A stretch of 32,000 nt of DNA, taken from positions 1,140,001-1,172,000 of the forward strand of contig CP001848.1 of assembly GCA_000025185.1 (NCBI GenBank), given 5' to 3'. The position numbers were made by a program, and so were the translations under genes. Below, one piece after another: positions 1 through 7,656 of the stretch. The notes beneath the pieces were generated by a model that did not search any database, had not been told where the DNA came from, and worked only from the letters and a program-made list of their open reading frames with translations. Numbering within the stretch: the first letter of the stretch is position 1; each line of letters starts with the position of its first letter. Source of the DNA: Pirellula staleyi DSM 6068. Its GTDB lineage: Bacteria; Planctomycetota; Planctomycetia; Pirellulales; Pirellulaceae.

Positions 1-62
1 GGCATCAATGTCAGCCTTAGTACAGTACGTGGTCGTCATGGCGTCACACTTTCATAGATAGG

Positions 63-82
63 CATATTTCTAGTGAAATACG
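63..82. promoter_or_regulatory. Degenerate copy (site A) of the 20-bp palindrome family CGTATTTCC-NN-GGAAATACG
   Basis: The sequence catatttct-ag-tgaaatacg matches the consensus at 7/9 (left arm) and 8/9 (right arm). It is intergenic, just beyond the capsid-gene terminator. Confidence 0.35.
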
Positions 83-116
83 CATGCTTTCTTGCTGTCA
101 CAGTGGATCACGAGCC

Positions 117-155
117 AAAAAAAGGCGCACGAAGCGAGTGATCACTTCGCGCGCC
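117..155 (-). terminator. Rho-independent terminator ending the capsid-like module
   Basis: On the minus strand, GGCGCGCGAAG-(10-nt loop)-CTTCGTGCGCC forms an 11-bp stem with one mismatch (124-155). It is followed directly by a T7 run (117-123), 56 nt after the stop codon at 212-214. Confidence 0.75.
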
Positions 156-211
156 GCATGTGCCGCACAAAAAACTGCACAGCACTATTTGTCGATCGAG
201 TTGAGTCGCGA

Positions 212-1324
212 CTAAGGGGTCACGATCTTGCCGTAGGCGATAGCCGCTGGGGTGTAGAGCGCAGGGATGCCGTTGAACACACCGCACAAATCCCAGCCAC
301 TCGGATCGTGCGTCGCATAGGCATAGGGATAGAAGCCAAACTGTTCTTGCTTGGCACCACCGGGACCTTCCGTCACAATCTCCGACCCTTCGAGATACTG
401 AGCCCAGCGCGGTGATGGTTCAGGAAGGAACGCGGCATAGTCATCTTCGATCAGCTTGACGAACGATTCTTGCGAGCCGTTCCAAACTTCGAGACCGTAG
501 TCCACGATGTGAAACGTCACCCAAGGAATCGCCCGCAAAACAGCCGAAAACTCGCCACTTCCGACACGCTGCATCGATTCAAACACAACGTTGGTCGAAC
601 CACCTTGCGCTTGCACCTTGGTGTTGTTCACCACATGCTGCCAACCAGCGCCGGTGAGCACCACATGCGCGAGTCCCATGCCGGTCAGCTGCACCATCGC
701 GGTGTTAATCAGCTGCAATTGCTTCGGAATATCGGTGCTGGTCGAGCTCCAGCTAGCGCTCAGGATGTCGCCAGCACCGAGCATGTTCAGTCCCGAACGA
801 TTACTCGCAGGAACTTGAAAATCGATCTGCACCTGACCACTCGTGAAGCCATGTCGCAGCTGATCGCCATCGGCGGTGTAGGAGTACGAACCGCGCAGCA
901 TTGCGGCAGTTTGGAACTCCACCAGATTCGCGAAGCGCTGCGCCAGGTAGTACTCTTGCCGTGTGAGATAGCTCTCGCCGCCGAAGTCGAGGTCGTCGGT
1001 CGATTCACCAATCTCGCGGCGGTTGAGCAGGTCTTCATCGAGGAGTGAGATCACTTCTGCAGCGCGGGGAAATGTCGCGGCGACTGTCCCCACTCGCTGA
1101 GGCCGTGTTCGACTTGCCACCTGACCGGGAACACGGCCCGTGGCCACGCTGCGCGTGTGGTTGAAAATGTCGTACGAAAAATGACGCCCCGAGAGACGAC
1201 GAATGTTTCGCCCACCAAGCTTCCATCCAAAAAGCGATTGCAGCGTCGTGCCAGGCAGATCGAGCTGCGAGATGGCCTTGTAGATGGTCTTGGGAGCGAG
1301 GAGCGTAGCTGCTGAGGTACCCAT
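212..1324 (-). CDS. Phage major capsid protein, lambda gpE-like (Phage_cap_E family)
   Basis: The ORF encodes 370 aa, with an ATG preceded by GGAG (cGGAGaagttctcATG). The motif order parallels lambda gpE: RPQRVGTVAATFPRAAEVISLLDEDLL, LVEFQTAAMLRGSYSYT (compare lambda VEEMQAVSAVLKGKYTMT), and the C-terminal THDPSGW...IPALYTPAAIAYGKI. A gpD-like gene lies directly upstream, as in lambda D-E. Confidence 0.7.
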   Translation of the reverse strand: MGTSAATLLAPKTIYKAISQLDLPGTTLQSLFGWKLGGRNIRRLSGRHFSYDIFNHTRSVATGRVPGQVASRTRPQRVGTVAATFPRAAEVISLLDEDLLNRREIGESTDDLDFGGESYLTRQEYYLAQRFANLVEFQTAAMLRGSYSYTADGDQLRHGFTSGQVQIDFQVPASNRSGLNMLGAGDILSASWSSTSTDIPKQLQLINTAMVQLTGMGLAHVVLTGAGWQHVVNNTKVQAQGGSTNVVFESMQRVGSGEFSAVLRAIPWVTFHIVDYGLEVWNGSQESFVKLIEDDYAAFLPEPSPRWAQYLEGSEIVTEGPGGAKQEQFGFYPYAYATHDPSGWDLCGVFNGIPALYTPAAIAYGKIVTP

Positions 1325-1425
1325 GAGAACTTCTCCGAACTTTCTAAACTTCTATTGATGACTTTGTTACAACATTTGATTTCATCGGGCGAGTGCGCAA
1401 GCGAAGTCGCACTCGTCGTTAAGCG

Positions 1426-1445
1426 ACTATTTCCAGGGAAATACG
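1426..1445. promoter_or_regulatory. Site B of the 20-bp palindrome family
   Basis: The sequence is actatttcc-ag-ggaaatacg. Its 17-mer tatttccagggaaatac is identical to the reverse complement of 31552-31568 (site C). It lies in the spacer between the decoration-like and capsid genes. Confidence 0.6.
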
Positions 1446-1465
1446 GCTGTTCTTTGTTCCAGTGA

Positions 1466-2245
1466 CTAGGCGGCAACGGCAGCGGTCGTTCCACCAAGAT
1501 TGGTGACCAGCCACTTCACGTTCACCGAGTCGACGAAGACACCCTCGACCAGCACCTGACTGCCAATCTTGTTTGCTCCAGCGGTAAACGACACTGTCGA
1601 TGCATTCGAGTACCCTCTGTGGATCATGTTCCCGCTGCCGACGATCGTCAGGTCGTTATCGGTCGTTTGAGCGATGCGATAGGCGAGACCATTGGCCGCC
1701 GCTGGCAGCGTGATGGTGGATGCACCAGACATCAAAAAGAGGAGACCAGTTTGTGCACTCGTGAGCGTTTGATTCCCTGCAGCACGAACGACACCACGTG
1801 GGTGCATGAGAACCCCTGGATGCACCTCGAGATTGTCGAACTGAATCCGACCAGCGAGTTGCTGCTTGGCACGCTCGTCGAGGTTCGGCAACTCAGCGGC
1901 ACGCACCAGCCCTTGCACAATCAGCTGCGTGAACCGCTGCGTAGGCTGACCATCGACTTCCATCGGGAGAGGATTCTCGAGAACACCCACGGCAATCTGA
2001 GCACCATCCACTCCGTTCGGCTGATAAGGAACGGCGAAGCCGGTGCTGCTCGAAATGGCCATCACCAGACCACCACGCAGCGTACTGCTGGGAACATTTC
2101 CTTCATCGACCGTATCGTCATCGACGACAACGCCTCGTGTGGCCACAAGGTCGATCCCTTGTCGAGCCGACCAAGTGATCTGACGTTCATCCGACTCAAT
2201 CTTGGGTTGAAATCCGGGGAGATTTCCATTTTTGAAATGCGACAT
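1466..2245 (-). CDS. Head decoration protein-like (lambda gpD-like core) fused to an unassigned C-terminal domain
   Basis: The internal ATG at 2245 gives 259 aa; the track ORF extends to 2392. Residues about 55-137 (GGLVMAISSSTGFAVPYQPNGVDGAQIAVGVLE...LIVQGLVRAAEL...AKQQLAGRIQF) follow the gpD pattern ([27 protein letters not shown]...KSGTFRYEDV...AFAGTAISI). Residues about 140-259 form an extra beta-rich region (TITLPAAANGLAYRIAQTTDNDLTIVGSG...VKWLVTNLGG). Confidence 0.6.
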   Translation of the reverse strand: MSHFKNGNLPGFQPKIESDERQITWSARQGIDLVATRGVVVDDDTVDEGNVPSSTLRGGLVMAISSSTGFAVPYQPNGVDGAQIAVGVLENPLPMEVDGQPTQRFTQLIVQGLVRAAELPNLDERAKQQLAGRIQFDNLEVHPGVLMHPRGVVRAAGNQTLTSAQTGLLFLMSGASTITLPAAANGLAYRIAQTTDNDLTIVGSGNMIHRGYSNASTVSFTAGANKIGSQVLVEGVFVDSVNVKWLVTNLGGTTAAVAA

Positions 2246-2449
2246 GATGTTTCTCTCTTCTACCTGCAAAACATGCTTAAAACACTTGAAATTGGACAAT
2301 ATTGAGAAGCGCCGACCCGCATCGCGACACTTGCGGAGACTGCTGGCCGTGACCTGCGGTGCATGGAGCCAGAGGGTTGTGTCAGTCCACAAAGCGAAGC
2401 GCTCGCGTGTGCGGTTGGCACCGAAGTTCGATCGAAACGAACTCGATTG

Positions 2450-2989
2450 CTACTTGCGACGGAAGCCGGTGCGCTCGAGTTGAGCGCGAGCAATCTGGTC
2501 GGCCTCGTCGTCGGTGAGCTCGTCGCTTGCCACCTTGCCTGAGAAGAATTTCTCGCCGGCATGATGCTCGGGATAATCGAGATCTTCGGTGGAAAGAAGG
2601 AAGGCTCGTGGAACAGCCGAACGCATGGCGCTCAGCGTGGCATCGATCGGCAGCAGCAGTTTGCCACCGGTCGACTCCCCCTGCTCGATCGCGAGGTTTG
2701 CAAGCAATTCGCGCAGGCCCCGAGGTAATGCCTGCTGATGCCGAATCTGATCGGCAGTGCTTGTGCGGAGCGAGCGAAGCTGATCGTGCGAGACTGGCCT
2801 CAGGTGCTCGCTGATCAGGTTGCTCATATCGTGGCCGATGATCGACTCGACTTGCTCGATCACTTCGCGGGCTGTCGGCTCGGCAGTAGATTCGATCGCA
2901 GCTTCGAAAGAACTGGACGGCACCACAACCGTGTCGAGATCGGTCGCGGCGGGATCAACGGGCGCATCAGCGGCGGCGAGCGCTTGCAT
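2450..2989 (-). CDS. Hypothetical acidic protein, first gene of the capsid-like module (scaffold-like role is speculative)
   Basis: The ORF is co-directional with the module. The ATG at 2989 is preceded by AAAGG, and an alternative GTG lies at 3004. The protein is rich in Asp/Glu and predicted helix, with a basic C-terminal tail (ERTGFRRK). I recognise no family. Confidence 0.45.
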   Translation of the reverse strand: MQALAAADAPVDPAATDLDTVVVPSSSFEAAIESTAEPTAREVIEQVESIIGHDMSNLISEHLRPVSHDQLRSLRTSTADQIRHQQALPRGLRELLANLAIEQGESTGGKLLLPIDATLSAMRSAVPRAFLLSTEDLDYPEHHAGEKFFSGKVASDELTDDEADQIARAQLERTGFRRK

Positions 2990-3094
2990 GGCAATACCTT
3001 TCACAAGTGAAGAAACATAACATTCGGGAAGGAGGTGGAAGGAACGAACAGGAGCCAGGTCTTAAGTAGCTCACATCCGTTCACTACATGTACG

Positions 3095-3123
3095 TATATT
3101 CACATGTTTTTGCGCGTCGTCAA
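3095..3123 (-). promoter_or_regulatory. Candidate sigma70-type promoter for the capsid-like module
   Basis: The minus strand reads TTGACG (3123-3118), a 17-nt spacer, then AATATA (3100-3095), about 100 nt upstream of the first gene. It is a pattern match only. Confidence 0.3.
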
Positions 3124-3366
3124 TTCAATGCTGGCAGTCGATTTCGTGGTGTTTGGAGTTGCGCCCCAGGAGAGCGGAGCAACTCAAGCGGGGGACAAGA
3201 GTTATCGATTCGGTGAATTTTTTCGCCCGTTTTTTTCGACTGACACGTCTGGTCCCAATTGCCGCTAGGCTGCTGGCGCTAGGGCGTTTAGAATCTCCCC
3301 AGACGCTTGGAAATACCGTGCATTTCCGCGTGTTTCTTCGCCTGTTTTCACCAGAAAAGCGGTTTT

Positions 3367-4941
3367 ATGTCGCAGCTGATCGCCCGGCTGTTGGTCGTCG
3401 CCGTTGTCATTTGCTCACCATTGGTCGTTGGTCCCATGAACCAAGCAGCCGCCGAAGATAGTCTCGCGATGGCCGTGCAGGCCCTCGCCGATCAGCCGCT
3501 CTACGCGCAAGCTCATTGGGGGATCTTGGCGGTCGATCTCGAGTCGGGCGAAGTGGTGCTCGAGCGCGATAGCGGCAAGCTCTTCGCGCCGGCGTCGGTC
3601 ACCAAGCTGTTCAGCTGCGCAAGTGCGCTCGACTATCTCGGAGCCAGCTATCGCTCGCGCACTCCACTGCTGATGCGTGGCACACTTGCGAGCGACGGCA
3701 CCTTGACCGGTGATCTCATCCTCCGAGCTAGTGGCGATTTTCATCTCGGCAATCGTTTGCGTGAGGATGGAACGATCGACTTCACAAGCAGCGATCACAC
3801 CTATTCAAACTGGGCCAGCGATTCGCGGCTCACGCCTCAAGATCCTCTCACGGGGATCATTCAACTCGCCAAAGCGGCCCGCGCGTTCGGCATTCGTAAA
3901 GTGACCGGGGAAGTGCTGGTCGACGATACGCTGTTCGATCACACCACCAGCAGTGGCAGTGGCCCTGCACAAGTCACTCCTATTTTTGTGAACGACAATG
4001 TGCTCGATCTCACCATCACACCGGCCGCCGCAGGAGAGATGGCCACAATCGAAGCACGACCTGCCACCGCGCTGTTTAAGATCACATCGGAAGTGACTAC
4101 CGGAGCCAGCGACTCGAAGGCCTCGGTACAAGTTTCATGCGACCCGCGTGGCAATGTCGTTGTGAAGGGAACCATTCCGGCAGGTCGAGCACCGCTCCTT
4201 CGCCATGTGGAAGTTCCTAGCCCCGCCGGCTATGCCCGCGCTCTGCTGATCGAAGCCCTTGCTCGCGAAGGAATCGAGCTCGTCGCCAAAATTTCGCTCG
4301 ATCATCCTCAGGCAAAACTGCCGACAGCCGACGATTACCAAAAACTGGCCGCTGTAGGAGAAGTGGTTTCGCCACCTCTTTCGGAGTCGGTGAAGTTGAT
4401 CCTCAAAGTGAGTCACAACTTGCACGCGAGTTCGTTGCCTCTGGTGGTCGCAGCCTCGCAAGGAAAACGAACCGCCGCCGAAGGGATGAAACTCGAAGGG
4501 GAGTTTTTGAAGCGTGCGGGGGTCGATGTCGGCACCATCAGCTTTGGCGGTGGAGCTGGTGGCAGCTCGGCCGATTTTGTCACGCCACGCGCCACGGTTC
4601 AGCTGCTGCAGTACATGGTCAAACGGGACGACGCCAAGGAGTACATCGCCGGGCTGCCGATCCTGGGAGTCGATGGAACTCTGGCGACAGCGATCGATCC
4701 CGAAAGCCCGGCGCGAGGCAAAGTGCAAGGGAAGACTGGCACCCTGGTGTGGGACAACTTGCTCAATGGCGATTCGCTCCTCACTAGCAAAGGCCTAGCG
4801 GGGTACATGACCACCACGAAAGGCCGGCGACTAGCATTCGCGCTGTTCGTCAACGGAGTCCACCTGCGCGACGGCGTGGAAGCGAAGCAAATTGGCATGG
4901 ATCTGGCCCGCATCTGCGAGATGATTCACGCCGCGCGATAG
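3367..4941 (+). CDS. dacB: D-alanyl-D-alanine carboxypeptidase/endopeptidase, PBP4 (peptidase S13)
   Basis: The three PBP motifs are present: SxxK (SVTK), SxN (SHN) and KTG (GKTGT). The ATG at 3367 gives an N-terminal signal peptide (MSQLIARLLVVAVVICSPLVVG...AAAED). The track ORF starts further upstream at a TTG (3307). Confidence 0.85.
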   Translation: MSQLIARLLVVAVVICSPLVVGPMNQAAAEDSLAMAVQALADQPLYAQAHWGILAVDLESGEVVLERDSGKLFAPASVTKLFSCASALDYLGASYRSRTPLLMRGTLASDGTLTGDLILRASGDFHLGNRLREDGTIDFTSSDHTYSNWASDSRLTPQDPLTGIIQLAKAARAFGIRKVTGEVLVDDTLFDHTTSSGSGPAQVTPIFVNDNVLDLTITPAAAGEMATIEARPATALFKITSEVTTGASDSKASVQVSCDPRGNVVVKGTIPAGRAPLLRHVEVPSPAGYARALLIEALAREGIELVAKISLDHPQAKLPTADDYQKLAAVGEVVSPPLSESVKLILKVSHNLHASSLPLVVAASQGKRTAAEGMKLEGEFLKRAGVDVGTISFGGGAGGSSADFVTPRATVQLLQYMVKRDDAKEYIAGLPILGVDGTLATAIDPESPARGKVQGKTGTLVWDNLLNGDSLLTSKGLAGYMTTTKGRRLAFALFVNGVHLRDGVEAKQIGMDLARICEMIHAAR

Positions 4942-5220
4942 CATGCGTTTTTCCCTAGAAATTGGCGACTTTCACCTCGCGCCAAGCCCGAACTCCACCT
5001 AGTTAGGGGAGATGGGCAATAGACAGTGGGTTAAGTCACTTCTACACTCGCGGTTAGCTCTACGTGAGGTTCTGCCACGACGCACGAGAGGTCGTGGCGA
5101 TGTCTCCCCGAAGGAGACAGATGCCGGCCTCCTACAATCTCACGCACTGCCCACTGCTCGCCGTCTGGCAGCACTGCCGAAGCGAGATCAGATCGAACTT
5201 TTTAGAAGCTGTAGTCTGCC

Positions 5221-6369
5221 ATGCTCATTCAATCGACCAGCCCGAGCCTGAAAAACATTCGCGACAAAGTCGAAGCGGGCAAACGCCTGTCGCTCGACGA
5301 CGGGCTTTTGCTCTCCGACGAAAAGACGCCGCTACACGAAGTTGGCGCACTGGCCAATTTTGTTCGCGAGCGAAAGAACGGCAACTACGCCTACTACAAC
5401 ATCAACACCCATCTCAACGCCACGAACATCTGCGTCTATCGCTGCACGTTCTGCGCGTTTCGTAGCGACCTGCGTGAAGCCAAAGGCTACGCGATGGACG
5501 ATGCCCAGGTGATCGCGCGAGGGCAAGAGGCAGTCGACAACGGCTGTACTGAACTGCACATCGTCGGTGGACTGCATCATCAGCGAAAATACGAGTGGTA
5601 TCTGGAGCTTGTCCGTTTGCTCCACACCAACTTTCCCGATCTGCATCTCAAGGCCTGGACTGCTGTCGAAATCAATTGGTTTGAGTTCCTCACCAAAAAG
5701 TCGGTCCGCACGATTCTCGAAGAGATGCGCGAAGCTGGCATGGGAAGCATGCCCGGCGGTGGCGCCGAGATTTTCCACCCCGAAGTTCGCTCACGGATTT
5801 GCGAACACAAAGCCGACGCCAGCAAGTGGTTCGAAGTCCATCGCACTGCGCATCAAATGGGTGTAAAGACCAACTGCACGATGCTCTATGGTCATATCGA
5901 AAACGCCTATCACCGCATCGATCACCTGATTCGATTGCGCGAACTGCAGGATGAGACCAATGGTTTTCAGGTCTTCATTCCACTCGCGTTTCACCCGGAA
6001 AACACGGGACTTTCGCACATTAAAAAGCCATCGTCGCTGATGGACTTGCGTGTGATGGCTGTCAGCCGACTGATGCTCGACAACATCCCACACATGAAGG
6101 CGTACTGGATCATGCTCGGCATCGGGACCGCGCAAGCAGCACTCGCCTATGGCGCCGATGATCTCGATGGCACGGTTCGTCACGAACTGATTTATCACGA
6201 TGCCGGCGCGACGACTCCCGAACTACTCACCGTCGATCAGATTCGTCGTCTGATCGTCGAAGCGGGTCGCGAACCGGTCGAACGCGACACCGTTTACAAC
6301 CGCATCGAGCGCGACCCTGCCAATCCCTCGAAGTGGTTCCTCGGCGAACCGATCACCGTCGGCGCCTAA
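5221..6369 (+). CDS. mqnE: Radical SAM enzyme of the futalosine menaquinone pathway, aminofutalosine synthase-like
   Basis: It carries the CxxxCxxC cluster (CVYRCTFCAF). The N-terminal pattern IRDKVEAGKRL...LANFVRERKNGNYAYYNINTHLNATNIC resembles MqnE rather than MqnC (which has TYIIDRNINYTN). Length is 382 aa. Confidence 0.7.
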   Translation: MLIQSTSPSLKNIRDKVEAGKRLSLDDGLLLSDEKTPLHEVGALANFVRERKNGNYAYYNINTHLNATNICVYRCTFCAFRSDLREAKGYAMDDAQVIARGQEAVDNGCTELHIVGGLHHQRKYEWYLELVRLLHTNFPDLHLKAWTAVEINWFEFLTKKSVRTILEEMREAGMGSMPGGGAEIFHPEVRSRICEHKADASKWFEVHRTAHQMGVKTNCTMLYGHIENAYHRIDHLIRLRELQDETNGFQVFIPLAFHPENTGLSHIKKPSSLMDLRVMAVSRLMLDNIPHMKAYWIMLGIGTAQAALAYGADDLDGTVRHELIYHDAGATTPELLTVDQIRRLIVEAGREPVERDTVYNRIERDPANPSKWFLGEPITVGA

Positions 6370-6405
6370 AGCCTTTCGTGCCTCAATCTGTAGGTTAGCT
6401 TGTAG

Positions 6406-6448
6406 GTCAGGTCCCCTCTCAGGGACCTGACGGCGGTTGACTCCGCCG
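6406..6448. terminator. Tandem GC-rich hairpins between convergent genes (candidate bidirectional terminator or REP-like element)
   Basis: The first hairpin is gtcaggtccc-ctctca-gggacctgac, a perfect 10-bp stem (6406-6431). The second is cggcgg-ttgact-ccgccg (6431-6448). Neither has a T-run. A direct repeat tgtaggt(t/c)ag lies just upstream at 6389-6410. Confidence 0.5.
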
Positions 6449-6484
6449 CTATTCGAACGCTCGGCCGCTGAACTTGTTCTAGTC

Positions 6485-7354
6485 CTAAGTTTTCATCGCG
6501 ACCGTCTGTTGCGTCAAGCGATATCCTCTCGCGCGAAGCACATAACAAATCATCGCCAAGGTGTTGAAGGCGAGCAGATACACTTCGAAGACGACTCTTA
6601 CACCTCCAGTTTCAAAATTAGAACTGTGGAATAATCGAGCTGAAATGAGTCCTAGCAGGATGAGGAGTAACAGCACTGCTATGAATGTAGAAATTGCACG
6701 CGACTTAGCACTCCAGTTGTCAATCATCAAAAAAGCGACAGCAATCGTTAGTCCGATGATTGATGCAACATTGATTCCCAGAACAAGCAAGTCGTCCTGT
6801 TCTAAGCGGAGGCCACCACCAACTCCTAAGCCAACGGCGCAAATAAGCGTGACTTGCAACAACCCGCTGATAGAAAACTGATTTCCGGGCGTAGGTGGCA
6901 TCGTGATATGTCGAACATGCCACCCAGTGAATCGAACCATTGATAAAAACACGCCACTTCCTATCACGATGACGAAGATTGCCATGAATGCTCGGTTGAG
7001 TGGTTCACTGAAGATGATGCGACCGTTTTCTATATAAAACAACAGCTCTCCACAGAAAATTGCTAAACAAGCCATTAGAATCGCTGCTGCGAATCGTAAG
7101 AGCAATAAGTACCGTGAAAACGCAAAGTAAAGAGACGCACTTGTGAACATTGTTAGAATGGGAACATACAATGCGAGATGAGCCCAACGATGTTCGAGGA
7201 CCCTAAGATTAATCGCCTTTTGAATGGCTCCGCTCACGGAGATCGCGACGATGGTGCCTATCAGCCAAAGGACGAGAATGACTGCAATTTCGCGAAGTGA
7301 CGCGATGCGTGGCTTGGTCTCCGTTTTTAATACCTGGTTTTTTTGATCGCTCAA
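6485..7354 (-). CDS. Polytopic membrane protein of unknown function (about 8 TM helices), in an AT-rich gene
   Basis: The ORF is open to 7513, but a TTG at 7354 is preceded by GGGAGG with a 6-nt spacer. The protein has eight hydrophobic segments, for example IAVILVLWLIGTIVAISV and AISTFIAVLLLLILLGLI. A hand-counted sample (6601-6660) is about 42% GC. I recognise no family. Confidence 0.55.
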   Translation of the reverse strand: MSDQKNQVLKTETKPRIASLREIAVILVLWLIGTIVAISVSGAIQKAINLRVLEHRWAHLALYVPILTMFTSASLYFAFSRYLLLLRFAAAILMACLAIFCGELLFYIENGRIIFSEPLNRAFMAIFVIVIGSGVFLSMVRFTGWHVRHITMPPTPGNQFSISGLLQVTLICAVGLGVGGGLRLEQDDLLVLGINVASIIGLTIAVAFLMIDNWSAKSRAISTFIAVLLLLILLGLISARLFHSSNFETGGVRVVFEVYLLAFNTLAMICYVLRARGYRLTQQTVAMKT

Positions 7355-7656
7355 CGAGAACCTCCCGAGTGCCAGACAAAATGCGATACAGCAACTGCCG
7401 TGAGCAGTTATAGAAGTATTTTGCCAGCAGTGGCAACTTGCCAAGCGGTAAGTTGTGGCAATGATGGGATGGGTTTGAAGTGGTAGGCGGGTAGAATGCC
7501 TAGAGCAATACAACGATAGAATAGCAGGCCGTTATCCCGTCAGATTTCCTGCGGGAATCGGACTTACGAAGCTTCGAGAATGCTTCAGAAGGCAGGATTC
7601 TGCTCTGCAGAGTTGCCCTTCACCGGCACGCGTTTTGTAACGAACTGTCGCAGCTT

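Noticed and set aside
1-39. A possible minus-strand gene start (ATG at 39, MTTTYCTKADIDA...) running off the left edge.
   Set aside because: Only 13 codons are visible and there is no clear RBS, which is insufficient to call a feature. It is relevant only as the possible target of palindrome site A.
3035-3268. A 77-aa plus-strand ORF preceded by a perfect SD-like GGAAGGAGGTGG.
   Set aside because: The SD-like sequence overlaps the proposed GTG start, so the spacing is impossible. The protein has no features. The region is more plausibly the divergent promoter/5' UTR region of the capsid module and dacB.
7355-7513. The upstream 53 codons of the membrane-protein ORF (track start TTG at 7513).
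   Set aside because: This part is Cys/His-rich and non-hydrophobic and has no RBS. A TTG at 7354 with GGGAGG at ideal spacing is the better start, though the longer form cannot be excluded.
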